DNA from: Antedon mediterranea
Lineage: Eukaryota; Animalia; Echinodermata
Reading direction: 5' to 3'
Assembly: GCF_964355755.1 (NCBI RefSeq)
Contig: NC_092677.1
Span: 8,082,101 to 8,146,100, forward strand
DNA length: 64,000 nt
Made by a program: the position numbers and the translations under genes
Shown here: positions 38,001 to 52,111 of the stretch, piece by piece
Layout: each line of letters begins with the position of its first letter
How positions within the stretch are numbered: the first letter of the stretch is position 1
Notes under the pieces: model-generated
The model's input: only the letters and a program-made list of their open reading frames with translations
Told to the model about the DNA's origin: nothing
Databases searched by the model: none

Positions 38001-38820
38001 AAATAATGTGTATATACATAATACAGTAACACAATTGTGCCTACCATTAACACCCTCAACGATACATCAAGGAGCATACGCTCTCAGCTCACCTCTGGCC
38101 GGGCGACTAAACACCGTATCCAGCAGTCATCACTACTAAAAAGGCCTAGCCCCTAGGCCTAGCTAGCTCCAGGCCATGGCATTGTCAAAACACCATTTAC
38201 TCGTCCAACCGTTTCTTCAAAACGATGTTAACACCCGTGTTAACAAGACGATGTGGACGAATTTCCATCAATTTCAGTTAATTACAACGAAATAATAATA
38301 AAATGAATGTTTCAATAATACGTGTATAGCGAAATAAACATCGCTTGCGAGAGGAGGGTGAGGGTCGAGAGTGAGGCCAAGGTGGTCGACTCTGTGATTC
38401 TCACGCATGCGCAAAATAACTCCGTGTACCCAGCAAGATAGGCATTTGGCTATGAATTTCGTAAAAGATGGCCTTGAAAAACGAAATTAAAATCCGTTTA
38501 AAAAAAAACATGGTTGATAATATGAATTAATTTTATTCGATTAGGCTAACATACTTATCCAAGAATAAAAATATCAAAGCGATAAGTAATTACTACCATG
38601 CTTTTGCATCAATCAATGATTTACTGCTAAATTCCTATCTCTGTAATACAAAAATAACTTTTAGTGACGTCACAAAAAGTTTTTCACAGGTTTCTCAGGG
38701 GCGTTTTGAGGGCGTTGTCGTCCTCCAAAACATTAAGTATGACTATGGCAAGCTTAAAACTGATTGATCTACACGTTGAGCCAATAAAATGATATTGCTA
38801 GGAACCCTTTCATATCCATT
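35002..38820. mobile_element. 3.8-kb non-autonomous DNA transposon with TTAA TSD (Kolobok-like)
   Basis: Perfect 15-bp TIR aatggatatgaaagg / cctttcatatccatt with TTAA at 34998-35001 and 38821-38824. Purine-purine start rather than the piggyBac CC. No intact ORF. Confidence 0.8.
35895..36808 (+). mobile_element. Second long-hairpin, asymmetric-IR element (Crypton-like by inference), nested in the TTAA element
   Basis: Hairpin at 35895-36080. atattatatagcc after the hairpin is inverted to ggctatgtaatat at the far end, preceded by ccaatca...atttatatagg. Internal direct repeat at 36612-36715. Confidence 0.7.
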
Positions 38821-39429
38821 TTAAATAACAATGTTAGTTACATTCACATGTGAATACAATATTTTCCAATATCTAAACACCCGGATAGCATCTCCGACTG
38901 CTTATCTATGAATTAGTTGGTGTCGCAACTTTGCTGATATTGTACTTGTCACAAATATCGGATTTGTTCATTATTCATCATCAGTATCACAGGCGTTTGT
39001 CACTTTAAATCCAAAATGTAACGTCTGCAACATTGTGATTTCTAATGTTCATGTTATCTAAGAAAAAGTCAAAAAGAATTAATAAAACTCAGCCTCTTGA
39101 TTAATGTCTAGTTAATTCAATAGCGCATCCATTCGTCGTTTCAGCAAACAAATGTATTATTTGAAATCTATACAACAAAGTCGGAATATATTCAACAAAG
39201 TCGGTATCTATGTGGCTTAGTATATACACAGAACACGCTAATCCAACGTGCACTGGTAGCTTAGAAACTTAGCGGGAAAGCATGTAAACATTCACTGTAA
39301 CATAATCTTTCCAGTTGTTTGTGACAGTTTAATGTTAGTGTCCATTGCTTCATTAACACCTGTAGTTTGGCGGGAATATTTTGAAGTCTGTTTCTATATG
39401 ACATTATGCGATATAACGTAATTAACACT

Positions 39430-39546
39430 TAAGCTTGGTTCCCACTAGAACGCAACGCAAGGACGTAAGCCGCAACGCAAGCGAATTGACCAATCACAAG
39501 GAACGGTTCAAATAATCCATCGCTTGGATTGGTCAATTCGCTTGTT
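39430..39546. mobile_element. Partial AAGCTTGGTTCCCACTAG-family MITE
   Basis: aagcttggttcccactagaacgcaacgcaaggacgtaa...; the right TIR is missing. Other fragments at ~41120-41188, ~48615-48660 and ~53114-53200. Confidence 0.75.
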
Positions 39547-40700
39547 GCAATTGCAACACCATAGGTTCTAGACGGAATTTTGACTTAATCTTATCCTAAC
39601 CCTCTAAATGATCTCTCTCATGATTATATATGTATATAAAACATTAAACAACCACCTGTGGCCCGAACCCTTGTCTTCCGATCAAGAAGCTAAACATAAC
39701 CAATCAACCAAACAAGAAAGCGCTGCATAAAGTAGTTTAAAACGGCAGTCGTGTGCTCACATTTTACCGACGGACCGACCGACCGACTAACCAACCAACC
39801 AACAGACCGACATAGTGAGCTGTAGAGTCGCGTTTGCGTATTTTCGAGTAAATTGTTAGAAGTGCAATCGTTTTAATCCTTTTAATTATGTCTTGTTCAT
39901 TTCGTTCAGTATTAATGTTGAATATTTGCACGGCAATAATAAGAAGTTATTTATTCACGATCTACACTTCTCTTATCGTTAATTAAATATAAAATAATTA
40001 CCACGGATTATAATCGAGCTCATCATCATTATTGTCGTGCACGTCATTACAGCGGTTATACATTTATTCCTCATAATACTTATGACCTAAAAACTAAATA
40101 TCTACGAAAGTTCGTCTTGCATTTGTATCAGTGCTGTTTAGCTAATCAGATACCTAACGGCACAAAACTAATTTTAATCAATTCTGAACGTTCCGCGGGC
40201 GGTAATTTGCATGATAACAGCAGAAACGCGATTTTACCGCCGCCTCATCACAGGGACGGATTCGTCGATTGTACTTAATCGTTAGCAATCTTCATTTACC
40301 TTCAAGATTTACATTATGTACAACGTGCATTTTTTTAATTTAGTTAACATAGGTCTACACTACATTCACTAACATAATTACCATCCGTAATCTATACCAT
40401 TTTTTGTCTCTCATGCATGATTTGACTAAAAATAATTAACAGTTATAATAGGGTTATAATGTCAGTTAATAATCTTCTGACACAAGAAACAACGACAATC
40501 AGCTAAATTAATTCGTATTTATTTATATGTACAACATCTTGCTTGTTAAAAAGGCATGGGGATTACCAGACTCTCGTACAACGAGTAACACATCATGCCC
40601 GTTTATGCATTAATTAATCGACTAATAATTAACTAGCACTAGTGGCGGGATCAGCAACGGGCCACAATGTCGCGCATTCCCCTAAAGTTCCACAACATAA

Positions 40701-41081
40701 AGCCGATTTTCCACTAGGCGAATTTGTTCGCGCGAATCGAAAGCGTCATGCTATGCACATGCGTATTCGCGTTTCTGTCTGTCATACTGCCTTCTTCGAC
40801 GAATTCTATTTCCTTTGATTTTTCGCTTCAGCGAAATTTACTAGGCCTAGTTCGAATTGTTTCTACTTTTTGCGAAGCGAAATATTGCGCAACCAATCAG
40901 AGCTCAGGAAATGAGCTATGACGCTTTCATGAGCACTCATGCGAATCGAAATGCTCAGCAACCACGCGAGGAACATGAACGTCGCAGCTATTCGCTCATG
41001 TAGTGGAAAGAGAGTAGTTGATTTTTTTCTCTTCGAAACGTTTGATTCGCGCGAACAAATTCGCCTAGTGGAAAATCGGCT
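40701..41081. mobile_element. PIF/Harbinger-like MITE with TAA TSD
   Basis: 38-bp perfect TIR agccgattttccactaggcgaatttgttcgcgcgaatc; TAA at 40698-40700 and 41082-41084. Confidence 0.9.
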
Positions 41082-43573
41082 TAAGAACATAAGCGCTACG
41101 TTGATCATCATTGGAACTGTCGCTTGTAATTGGTCGCACTTGTGTCTACGTCGTTTCGTTGCGCGTCGAGGAGGAGGGAACCAAGCTCTATCGTACAACT
41201 CATATTGGGCCTGAACCACTTAAATACCATTATACGCCAACGTGTAGCCTACTATAATTATAGACCGGCTATAAAATAAAACGAATAAAACAGTATTCGT
41301 TAGGTAAAGCCCATTTTCTACAGATACATTATAACAACATAACAACAACCCCTGCCTTATCGCACCTTTCCATTATGTCTACACAGCAAAGTTCTGATAA
41401 TGCATGAAAAAAAAGCAAAATAAATTTGTAAAATATTTAATGAAATATTCCCTACGCAAAATCTGCTCTAAGTATAGACACATAACATACGCACAGCATT
41501 GCTAACTGAAATTGCAAGTGCTGAGTGGGATGATGCGAATAATATATCATCCAGCAGACGCATAACGTAATATATTTTTTATCAAACCTACGCACTTAAT
41601 AAAATAGTACAGTTTCTCATCATTTTAAATCTTACAGTATATGTTTTATTATCTTTATACAATCATAAAATTAATTTGAAAGCAAAAATCTCATAGCTAC
41701 TGTTTGTATTTTGTTTTATATATCGTTTTGTAAATGCTGTTGTTTCCGCAAAGTAAAGAGTAAAATATTATTATATCAATAAGATATGTCTCAACTAATT
41801 TTAAAATGAATGTATTTTTTATAGTTTGTATTTTGTTGATAAATCAATATTTAAAAATATCTACGCATTTTGCTTCCGTTCAGTTCAATCTTCTAATACA
41901 AAAACAATCTGTCATCAAAGGTGGTGGAAGATAGACTTTCTTCATTAATAAATGAATGAATGACTAGTGGAGGTAAGGTACGTTTGATCAAATCCAAACA
42001 CTGTTTTATGTTATGACTATTCGGGTAATTTTGTCTCACATACGCCGCATAATATTTACTCTTGATTTGTCCAGATTATAAAATGACCGTAATTTGTTTC
42101 TATCCTGAGCGGGTCTTCACTTAACCACCCGTTCGCTCCCCGTGTTGTGTAAAGTGTGCTGAAATTGTATAAAAACTTTTTAATTTACCCGTAACAAACT
42201 TTCTCCAAAGCAAATACATTTCCATACATTACCGTAGTTAATTATATATTAATGATAGGTTTAGCGTAAAATTGATATTCTTAATCTTATCTGACCATAT
42301 TATATGAATCATAAAGGCCAATTTACACATGCGGTAACGGTAAACGAAAAACAATATAGAATCTATGTTCTTATGACCATTTACACACAACGCGGCCGAG
42401 CGCGCGGAGCGGACGTGCCGTTTGATACAGTATAGAACCCCTTTTAAATACCCCTGTTCAGTGCGCACATTAAAATGACATCTCTGCAGTAGACATACCT
42501 TATGTGAAAACCTTCTAATCGTTGTGGTAAGCGGCACATTTAATTGCCATTTAGGAGGTGAGATTGATGTAGAAATATTAACATATGCGACAAATGTGTC
42601 ATTTTATATTATGTACATAAAAATAACTTGCATGTTATGTGCGCACGAGGACCACACTCTAGAAGTTTGTGCATAAGATAGCACACGCCTCTATCCTAAT
42701 TGAATACGCCTCTGTGATAACTGTTATACCAAAATATTATAATTATGAGTTATGTGATTATTGATGACCTGGTGATGCACATAATAGGGATGGATAATCT
42801 TTAGATTTGCGTCGACCGATGACCAACCTAGGTCAGGTCAATCGATGTGTCGTAAGTTGTTGCCTGGACCTAAACCTAACATTGTCAGCAATTTCTTTCT
42901 GTTTTTTCCGTTGCTTGGATAATCTCTTATATATTTATATTTTTTACTCCATCTTTGGTATTGCATTCTTTAAAATTACCCTTTTTTCAATGGGCTTGCC
43001 TGAATCTTCGACTGCCCGGTGTTTTCACTTCTTGTTTTCGCTTCTTGTTTTCGCTTCTCCTTCTACTTCCTTCCACACATACTATGTTTTTTATTGGTTA
43101 TTATCCCAAGTGTTTATATAATTATTATTTATGTATTTTTAATATATGTGTAGAGAAATGTATTGAGTAGATATTGAATATTGAATAAACAAAAATCAAA
43201 ATCGACCATCAAATCTGTTTTCGAGATGGGGAGCGGGAGCACACGACGTAGTTCGATCGAAAGCTCCTTAATACCAGAACAAGTGCACTAACCCATACCT
43301 TAATTTTTGTTTAATAAACTATTTTAATGTCATAAAAATATAGTTATTAACTTTGACCAAAAATTGGATCGAAAAACAAATGATTTACTTGAAAAACTGT
43401 AATTTAAAGCTAAAAATAGTAAGCCAGTGTATTTTTGGCTGAATTTATTTTGTAATTTCATAAGTGAAAACTTTATTGTTTCGGTATTTTCTGCAGAACG
43501 TTAAAGTTACCATTTTAAAATGGCGTATTCAATCTCTGATTTTATTGATCTTCATTGTTCATGGTTTTGGGGG

Positions 43574-43703
43574 TTTAACCCATTATAACCCAATACCTAC
43601 CGGTATTTAACCCATTATAACCCAATACCTACCGGTATTTAACCCATTATAACCCAATACCTACCGCTATTTAACCCATTATAACCCAATACCTACCGGT
43701 ATT
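43574..43703. repeat. Minisatellite, 32-bp unit x4
   Basis: Repeated tttaacccattataacccaatacctaccggta. Confidence 0.93.
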
Positions 43704-44479
43704 TTCTTCTTATTTCCAAGCATTTTCATCGATTTTTATATACAATCTAGCCATCATAACTATTTAAAAAGACTATTTTCAAAGATGGATGTTCTACTTA
43801 TGATAAACAGTTTTAGATTTGCTGAACTTTTAGCAATTATAGTTGTTATTATATTTGTACAATTATTATACATCGGACCCTAGGGTTACAACTTTCAAAA
43901 TGTAATTTTCAACGCATCAGCAAAACAAGCTATTTATAAAGTCATATATTATGAATATTAATATAATATTTTGTATTGAAATTAAGATTGTAACATCATA
44001 TCTTATCCCATTAACGCAGCTGAGGAATTGATTTTAATAGATTAAAAATTTAATATAGGCCTAAATACAGATGTTTTTTATGTGAAATATTTTAAATAGA
44101 TGTAGTGCAATTGTTGAGAAAGTGATTTGTTGAAAGCACCTCGCATCAAGTATCGTACCGTACCGTATGACATTGATTTCTCTATAAACAAATATAACTA
44201 TGAAGAGAGCAGCTGCTTCATAACAATTATAGGTTTTTTAATTATGAATATTAGTTACAAGATAAAAGGCAATACGCTTTGCTACATTGACCATACAGGG
44301 TAGATTATGTTTGCGGTCCGTAGAAAAACGATTAACACAATGAAACGTCAGATGCTTAAAAAAACCCAGATGCTAAAATATATTCTAGATGCTAAAATAA
44401 ACATAGGAATTAAAATGAAGCTATTTATTTAGAAACCCATATGTACTAACAGACAACATTTAAAGAGAGTACATTCATT

Positions 44480-45043
44480 CGGAGAGTTAAATCAACATCC
44501 ACTGAATTATAAATTCAATGAGAGTGAATTCAATATTCAATGAGATTGAATTCAACATCCATTGAGATTGAATTGAAAATTCAGTGAGAGTGAATTAATT
44601 AATGAGAGTGAATTCAACATTCAATGAGAGTGAAATCAACATCCAATGAGAGTGAAATCAACATCCAATGAGAGTGAAATGAACATCAAATGAGATGAAT
44701 TCAACATCAAATGAGAGTGAAATCAACATCCAATGAGAGTGAAATCAACATCCAATGAGAGTGAAATCAACATCAAATGAGAGTGAAATCAACATCCAAT
44801 GAGAGTGAAATCAACATCCAATGAGATTGAAATCAACATCAAATGAGATGAATTCAACATCAAATGAGAGTGAAATCAACATCCAATGAGAGTGAAATCA
44901 ACATCAAATGAGAGTGAAATCAACATCCAATGAGAGTGAAATCAACATTCAATGAGAGTAAATTCAAAATTCACTTTGTTATGATAATGAATTCAACATA
45001 AAGTGAGATTGAATGGAACATTCAGTGAGAGTGAATTCAACAT
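44480..45043. repeat. Minisatellite, 22-bp unit, >20 copies
   Basis: Repeated aatgagagtgaaatcaacatcc, with a homogeneous centre and diverged edges. Confidence 0.95.
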
Positions 45044-46669
45044 TTTTATTTTTTATTTGGTAATTATAAGAAGGATAATTCAAAATTAAAAACCACAAAA
45101 AGATGATAAATTATTATATTTAAATGAGAGTTAATAACAAATCAGCTCGTTGAATTACATATAATTTAAGTACAAAAAGTGACTTGTAATAAATGGGGAC
45201 TTATTTATTATAGATATTATCTGGATTATAATGAGCCTATTGGTTTACAGTATTTCATGTATTAATATTTTGATCCGAGAAATGCCGAATATTATGGAAT
45301 CATCTAAGAAATCAAATACGTATCATTTCATTTGGATGAATAATTGGACACTTTAGTAGGTCATGACACACTATTGGGAATACAATAACGTGTTGAAATA
45401 TTGAATTCCAATACAATGCCTTATTATTTGCATTTATGAACGGAATGTTGCATCTAGCTATAAGCGTTTGTCTAATTGTATTTACTGAAACCTCCGTTTT
45501 TAATAATAAGATGGCCTCCAGTCATAAAAATAAGAATAATTCTAGACCTACTCGATTACAACAATTCTTGACAGATTTAAAATCATAGTCTAGACGTAAG
45601 CGGATCACATTCATTTTTAACACGTCGTTGGCGAAGATCGTGAGCGGGACGCGATTTTGTTTACCGAACATAAAATTAATATATATATACTGTATAATGA
45701 ATGCGTACCTAATAAATGTCGTATTGAAATGTACAGAATTTATGATGGTAACATGGTTTGTTGAAAAATGCCAGGGTGACTTTCTAATGAAGTACGTCGT
45801 TCTTTTATGCTACATTTCAGCATGGAGGTATGATTTAAGAGTGCATATTCCACATGCATCCATTACTTGCAGTAGGCCTACAGCGTCCTATTTTATACAC
45901 TAATTTAGTTTGCGACTTGACACGCTTGGTTCATCCTTTTCTTACGAAACAGCATACAGTCATGTGAACTGACGGTTATGTTTCCTTTATTTAAAATTGA
46001 TATCCGTGAATGTTATATGAATAATTTGAAGACAGTAATACTTGCTAGAAGCATAATATATTAGCCCACTGATGTGGTACTCAGGGTGAATGTTAATATG
46101 TCCACATACATCAAGTTTCAATCGGTATCATATCTAGGCCAGTTGAAATACCAAATAGATGTTCAATAATATTTGAATTTGTATACTAAAAACGCCACAC
46201 TGAATTACTGATATCACTCATGTACTATCATTAGTTGTGATAAAGTTGTCTACACTATAAAAGATTGCTTGGCACGTATGACATGCAATATTCTTCAGTA
46301 AACTAGGTGTTCACGTATTGCTTGATGTAAATAACACATACACGTTGTATTCTATATATCACTTCATCCTTCCACTTTTGTTTGTGACTACATTTTTCAA
46401 GACAATCTTTTCCTGGCGCTTAGGTCCAGAATATAGAGTCGTAAACCCCTCTGTTGGTATAAAGTTTGCGGTTACTCCACGTAGGACTATTAGTTTTGAA
46501 AAGACCTGTTGAGTTAAATTCTTTTCAGAACTAAATACAACATGATTTCGCCATGCATAACTTCAATATATTACCCATACTCTTCTACTCCAACTGTAGC
46601 AATATTAAATTGCTATGACGTTCAACCAAGAAAAAGTCAACATTTAGCCGAGTTTGGCGTGAATCCGCT

Positions 46670-46750
46670 TGAAATGTTTTGAATATGGTCGAGTTTTGCC
46701 GAATTTGGTCGAGTTTTACCGAATTTTGTCGAGTTTTGCAGAATTTGGTT
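46670..46750. repeat. Minisatellite, 20-bp unit x~4
   Basis: Repeated gaatttggtcgagttttgcc. Confidence 0.8.
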
Positions 46751-47725
46751 TCAACTTTATAACTTGTAGAGTTGTTGGCGTCATTTTAATTTTCATGGTG
46801 TCACTTTAATTTTCATCATGGAAATGATTACTCGTTAATTGTGTAATAAATTACAAGGTTAATTATTTTCATTCTAACAGTTATTAAAACGGATGCCTCA
46901 CGATGACCTTTTTAGAAAAATAATTAATATCGTATCTTTAAAAGATGACAGAATAGAATATGCAATAATAGGTTATTTAATGCTAATGATTACGAGAATA
47001 ATTACGTGAGTTCAGTCTTAATAGCCATAAAGGGACATATTTAAAAAAACTATAAAAAGAGTTATTATCTATAGAACTTTATCATACAGTGCACTTTCTT
47101 TCAATTATACGCATAAAAACAAAGGTAGATAAACTTGGTCGATCGCCGTTGATTGCGCCTTGTTTCTGTATACTATAACATGACAATATTGCTGGAACGT
47201 CTCCTTGTTTATGACCACGTATCGTAAGATTATAGTGATTATCAATGTTCTTAAAATTAAATTTACTTGTAGATTAGCGAGATTACTTAATTTATATGTT
47301 GTCTTTGACTCCACTATTGATATTTTATTTATGTTTATCTTTATTTAAATCCAGAATTTGAAAAAAAAAAATGTTTGTTATTGGTTCTTGTGGAGCTTGT
47401 CAATGTTCTTTTGTTTTGTATTTTATGTATTCCCGTCTATAAATAGCGAGATGCCTGCTGTTGATTGTGAATTTAAATACAATTAAAACAAATGATTAAC
47501 CGATTTGGTTTTGTTTAAGCTTCGCTTTTAAAGTTTCATTATGGATGCGTCTGTTTTGTTCTGTCAATCCTTAATTGTGACTGAGCCGAGATTTGAATAT
47601 AACCATGATTAAATATTGTAGCCATGATAAAGTTATCGAATATTGTATATTTCAGATAATGGTTATTATCAATATATTAATAAATAAAATGTATTTATTA
47701 TTATTTAATAATAATGATCTGTATA

Positions 47726-48030
47726 AGGGCGTGTTGTGCAGTGTGTCGGACGTTGGACTACTGTTTGTGAGATCGAGGTTCGAATCCAACTCTCGCTGCA
47801 TTGCTTGTATACTTATACAAGATACTTTATATACGTTTTCCTCTCTCCACCCAGGTGTATAAATGGGTACCCGGTTAGATCAAGACACAACTTTGCGCTG
47901 ATTACTAGCTGCATTATGGGAGTATGTTTCCATAGGTATTTGAAAATGACTGGGGTAAAAATGTTCAGCTCTTAGAGGTTTCACAACATTAGGCGCTATA
48001 TAAATCCAGGATATTATTATATTATTAATA
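47726..48030 (+). mobile_element. Full-length tRNA-derived SINE with L2-like 3' tail
   Basis: B box GGTTCGAATCC, central ctctccacccaggtgtataaatgggtacc, 3' ggcgctatataaat plus (ATT)n. Homologous to 60465-60780 (-). Confidence 0.85.
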
Positions 48031-51000
48031 ATGTTCGCGTTCCTTTAAAGTTTGCAATAATTCTCTCGACGATAAGACAACACTTCCGAAATTTAAAGCG
48101 AGTTAATAACAAAATTCGCAAAAGGGTGAGTTTTTTTTAAATATTAGTTCATTCATCAACTTTTATCACACTTTTCTATTTGGGTTATTAATCAATTCAG
48201 GTTTAATAAGGCTAAAATGTTTTCTCAAGACATTAGTATCGTTGTAAAATACCAATTATAACTTAATAGGCCATTATAATAGACAATACATCCTCTATTA
48301 AAACACTACATTTAAAGGATAATCTCAAGATGATATCTTAATTGCTTTGTTTTATTGATAAGTAGAATCTTAAAGTTATGGAACATTTTTTATTTAGTTT
48401 ATCATTAGCACATGTTGCTTTAATACTGCTAAAAGGTTGTCATCAACATCTTCGCTGAATTTTAAAATACCACAATCGATAATAGTATCGCTGTTCATAG
48501 ACCAATAACTCTTTTATTACATTTCAAAGATACATTTCTATAGATAAATTTAAAGGCGATTGTTTTGTTTATCGATATGTTAATATGCCTGCCTTACTGT
48601 ATCTATTGGCATTTAAGCTTGGTTCCCACTAAGCACGCAACGCACGGACGCATCGATGACCAGCGGCAGTTATATTAGTCCTTAGATTTACGAATTTTGA
48701 AATAGGTGGTAGGATAGGGATTAGGGCCTAAAAATGATAAAATTAACTGCATTATTAGGCCTACACAATAATATATGAATATGCCTAGATTGGTTGTAAA
48801 TATTTGCTTTCAGGTTGATTTTATTTCTCTTTCTTAACATCCTAAACCTGTGAATCTTTAAGGAAGGAAGTAGGTGTATGGCCTTTTGGCCATTTTTTGA
48901 AGAAAAAAAACTGTACTGTCCGTTTAGATAAAACTTAATGCGTTATTCGATCGATATCTTTGTTTTGTTATTTAAACTTTTACGTCAGGGGTCATTGACA
49001 AAATATTTCAGCTTAAACTCGTCTGAACGCGCGTGACAAATTAGTCTTCTTTTCGATAGTAACATTTCCTTAATTGCTTACAATTTTCAATCTACAATTA
49101 GCTGATATTGTGTATTTCGTTTGTCACACGTCAGAGTGTTCTCAATAGATTTACTATGTCCTTTATTATGAAATAATCAGCCTACGTTAACAAGACTGTT
49201 TTCTTGTTATAATAATTTTCTTAAAAGCATGGTTTTTTGTTTGTTGTTGATTAGTTATTGTACATCGAACAGTCTGTAACACAAAAAATACAATGATGAC
49301 GGTTATGGTAAAATTTAAAGTTGGTAATAATACTATACATACGTCATGCTATTTCAAAATGACATCACAAACAGATTGATGATATCTTTCATTGGTCAGA
49401 TGTCGTAAAAAAATTAAAATGTACACATAGGAGTGTAATAGAGTCTGTTACCTTTTAGTTTGTTGTTTGTATTTGATAAAGCTAACACATTAGTAGCCAC
49501 AAGTTTCAACAGTAAACCAAATTTTACATCTGTCACTAGATACATCTTAACTGGATAATTGCAATTCATCCAGATACAATTTATCCCTGTCATCAAACTC
49601 GTGTCTGCAGATAATTATTATGAAAGTGAATGATATTACCATGTGATTTTTATCTGAATCTTAAATACCAACTTTACCGGTAACCATATTTGTCAAACGT
49701 ATATTAGATACAGTGCATATCAGAACAATTGCAGGATTTTCGATTCTCCGTACAGTCATCACATTCTGATGAGATTTTACTGTTGATCAACATAGATAGG
49801 CATTCATCACCTAAATTGTATAGGTATAAATTAGCCGATAAGTCCGTTATTTGAAGAAAAACTTTTAACAATCCGATAGATGAAAGAAAGAATAAATATA
49901 TATATATATATATATATATTCATTCTCACAGATTTCCTTATCTTTATCGTTTCAAATTAATTAAATAAATTTCAGTATATCACCGGGCGGTTTAGTTTAG
50001 TCCTTTGCCTGACTTGTTTATATAGGTATATATATCGAAATTTATAATTTTTTTTTTACATTTTAATGTGTTTCGGGCTTATTTGAGAAAGCTTGTCATA
50101 AGTCATGTCATGTTTAGCAGAGTGAACGTTATTTATTGAATTATTCTCCATTTTCTTCAATATCTACTGTAATTTCGGATGTCAATACATCATTTGAGTT
50201 TTGTTCTCTTTCTGATAGATAACAAGCACAATAATTGCTAAATGTTGCATTATTTCGAAAACTTTTATTCTTCCTAATTAAAAACAATGTCTGTTTTCTG
50301 TTGACCTTTCAGACAATATGGCACCTAATTTTCACAAAATTGGCAGTTTAAGAGATATATTTACAAATAGACCTCAAAAGTATAGCTCCGTGTTTAATAT
50401 GTAGATTGTCTATTATAACATACAACATGGCCTAGGATACGGGAGTCACATATAATTTAAATAAGGTAATATCCCATGTGTTTAAATTATCTATGACAAA
50501 ATCTATCTTATAGTTCCATAATGTGTTAACAGTTTATTTCATCATGATATTCGTGCGCATTTTCTTTATTATCTTACTACGTGCTTGCTCAATAAAATTA
50601 GCACACAAAAAACTATTTACTATTTGTCTTTAATCTTTTTTTAAAGCCTATTTTGTTCGCAATTATCTTCAATCAAACTCACTCTTCTTCGAATATAATA
50701 GTTTTGATAAACCTACTCAGGCAGGATATGGTAAACATTAATAATGCCACTTGCATACACAAGAGATGTACATTTGCACCCATTATGTAGTAAATCCGTT
50801 CTCGTCAGGCTTCAGTTGAGCATGACACATCGCACTGGATATTGTAATTACTCAACGTCTTGAGTGGTTTTGTCCCGCTAGAATTATACTAGTATTGCTG
50901 CAGCAATAACAAACATAACTATAAAAAAAAGTATGGAAATAATCAGTAAGATTAATGAAAGAAAACAACATGCGTTAGTTTTTCTACACACACCCTCCTT

Positions 51001-51472
51001 TGCCGAAACCCTCATTGGCACACCTGTATTCAGAGGGGGAAGTTTTTTCGTGACCAACGGTGCATGCAATATTAGCACTACCAGTCCCTATTAAGGTGAA
51101 ACTTATTTTATTAGGACAATGTTAGTGTCCTCTAATAAGAGGCTTACTGTAGTATGAGTGTTAATTTTCTCATAAATCTCTGGAACTTCCTGTACTCTTA
51201 TAGGTTTTAGTTTTGTACATTTTCCTTTCCTTTTTAAATTATTAGCATAATTGTTATAGTAAACTGGCAGAGCGAGCAGCTCCTCCTCCCAACCACACCA
51301 CTATCACTTTGAAGTATGTTCAACATCTTCCCAGTACTTACCATCCAGTCACCCCTCCCAGTTTAACGTCTTTCTAAATCCCGATGGAAAAACACATGTA
51401 TGTTTACACACTATTAAATGGTCAACACTCATTTCAAGGGGACACTTTGTTGATTCTGAATGCCTCCCCTTA

Positions 51473-51652
51473 AGGGTCTTTCACACCTGTTCCGGCACGC
51501 TTCCGGTCCGGCGAATCGAACATCAATGTTTCTTTTTCATGACGCTCCACGCGACTATGAGCCAATCGATATGCGCGTAGCCGCGTGAAAACGAAACATC
51601 GACGTTCGATTGGATTTTCCGGAACCGTGCCGGAACAGGTGTGAAAGACCCT
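51473..51652. mobile_element. PIF/Harbinger-like MITE with TTA TSD
   Basis: TIR agggtctttcacacctgttccggcacg; TTA at 51470-51472 and 51653-51655. Confidence 0.9.
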
Positions 51653-51657
51653 TTAAT

Positions 51658-52111
51658 CAAAGATTATATAGCGCCGCTACGCGGCGCAAGATAGGTAACT
51701 GTTGCCAAGCTCCTATCTTATAACACTACGCGCCCAGTAAATCCATGGACGCCATTCGGGCGGACAGGTTATTATTGTGATTTAAATGTAAATGGTTTAA
51801 ATTTGGCGGTCCGCCTCGAAGTATCTGTGGTTAACCATCTTTATGTTTGATTCATGGAAAAGGGAAGAAATTATGTAAACAAAGTAAAATAAAAGTTTCT
51901 TTGGGATCTGGACACTTTCCGATTAATTCTGTGTGTTTACATTGATATGTTTGGTTAGACAACTTCGTTCTTTAACCGAAACATCGTGGATATTGCCTTG
52001 ACAACGACTTTATTCCGGTTCAAACTTGTCCGCCGGAATGGCGTCCATGGATTACAAAGGTCTCACCCAGTTACCTATCTTGCGCCGCGTAGCGGCGCTA
52101 TACAATCTTTG
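51658..52111. mobile_element. MITE with ~44-bp TIR and 7-bp TSD (P-element-like)
   Basis: caaagattatatagcgccgctacgcggcgcaagataggtaactg and its inverse; perfect TSD ctttaat at 51651-51657 and 52112-52118. Subterminal inverted aatccatggacgccattc motifs. Confidence 0.88.

Noticed and set aside
40724-41219. Overlapping ORFs of 65-118 aa
   Set aside because: They lie within a palindromic MITE, and the higher GC explains the open frames.
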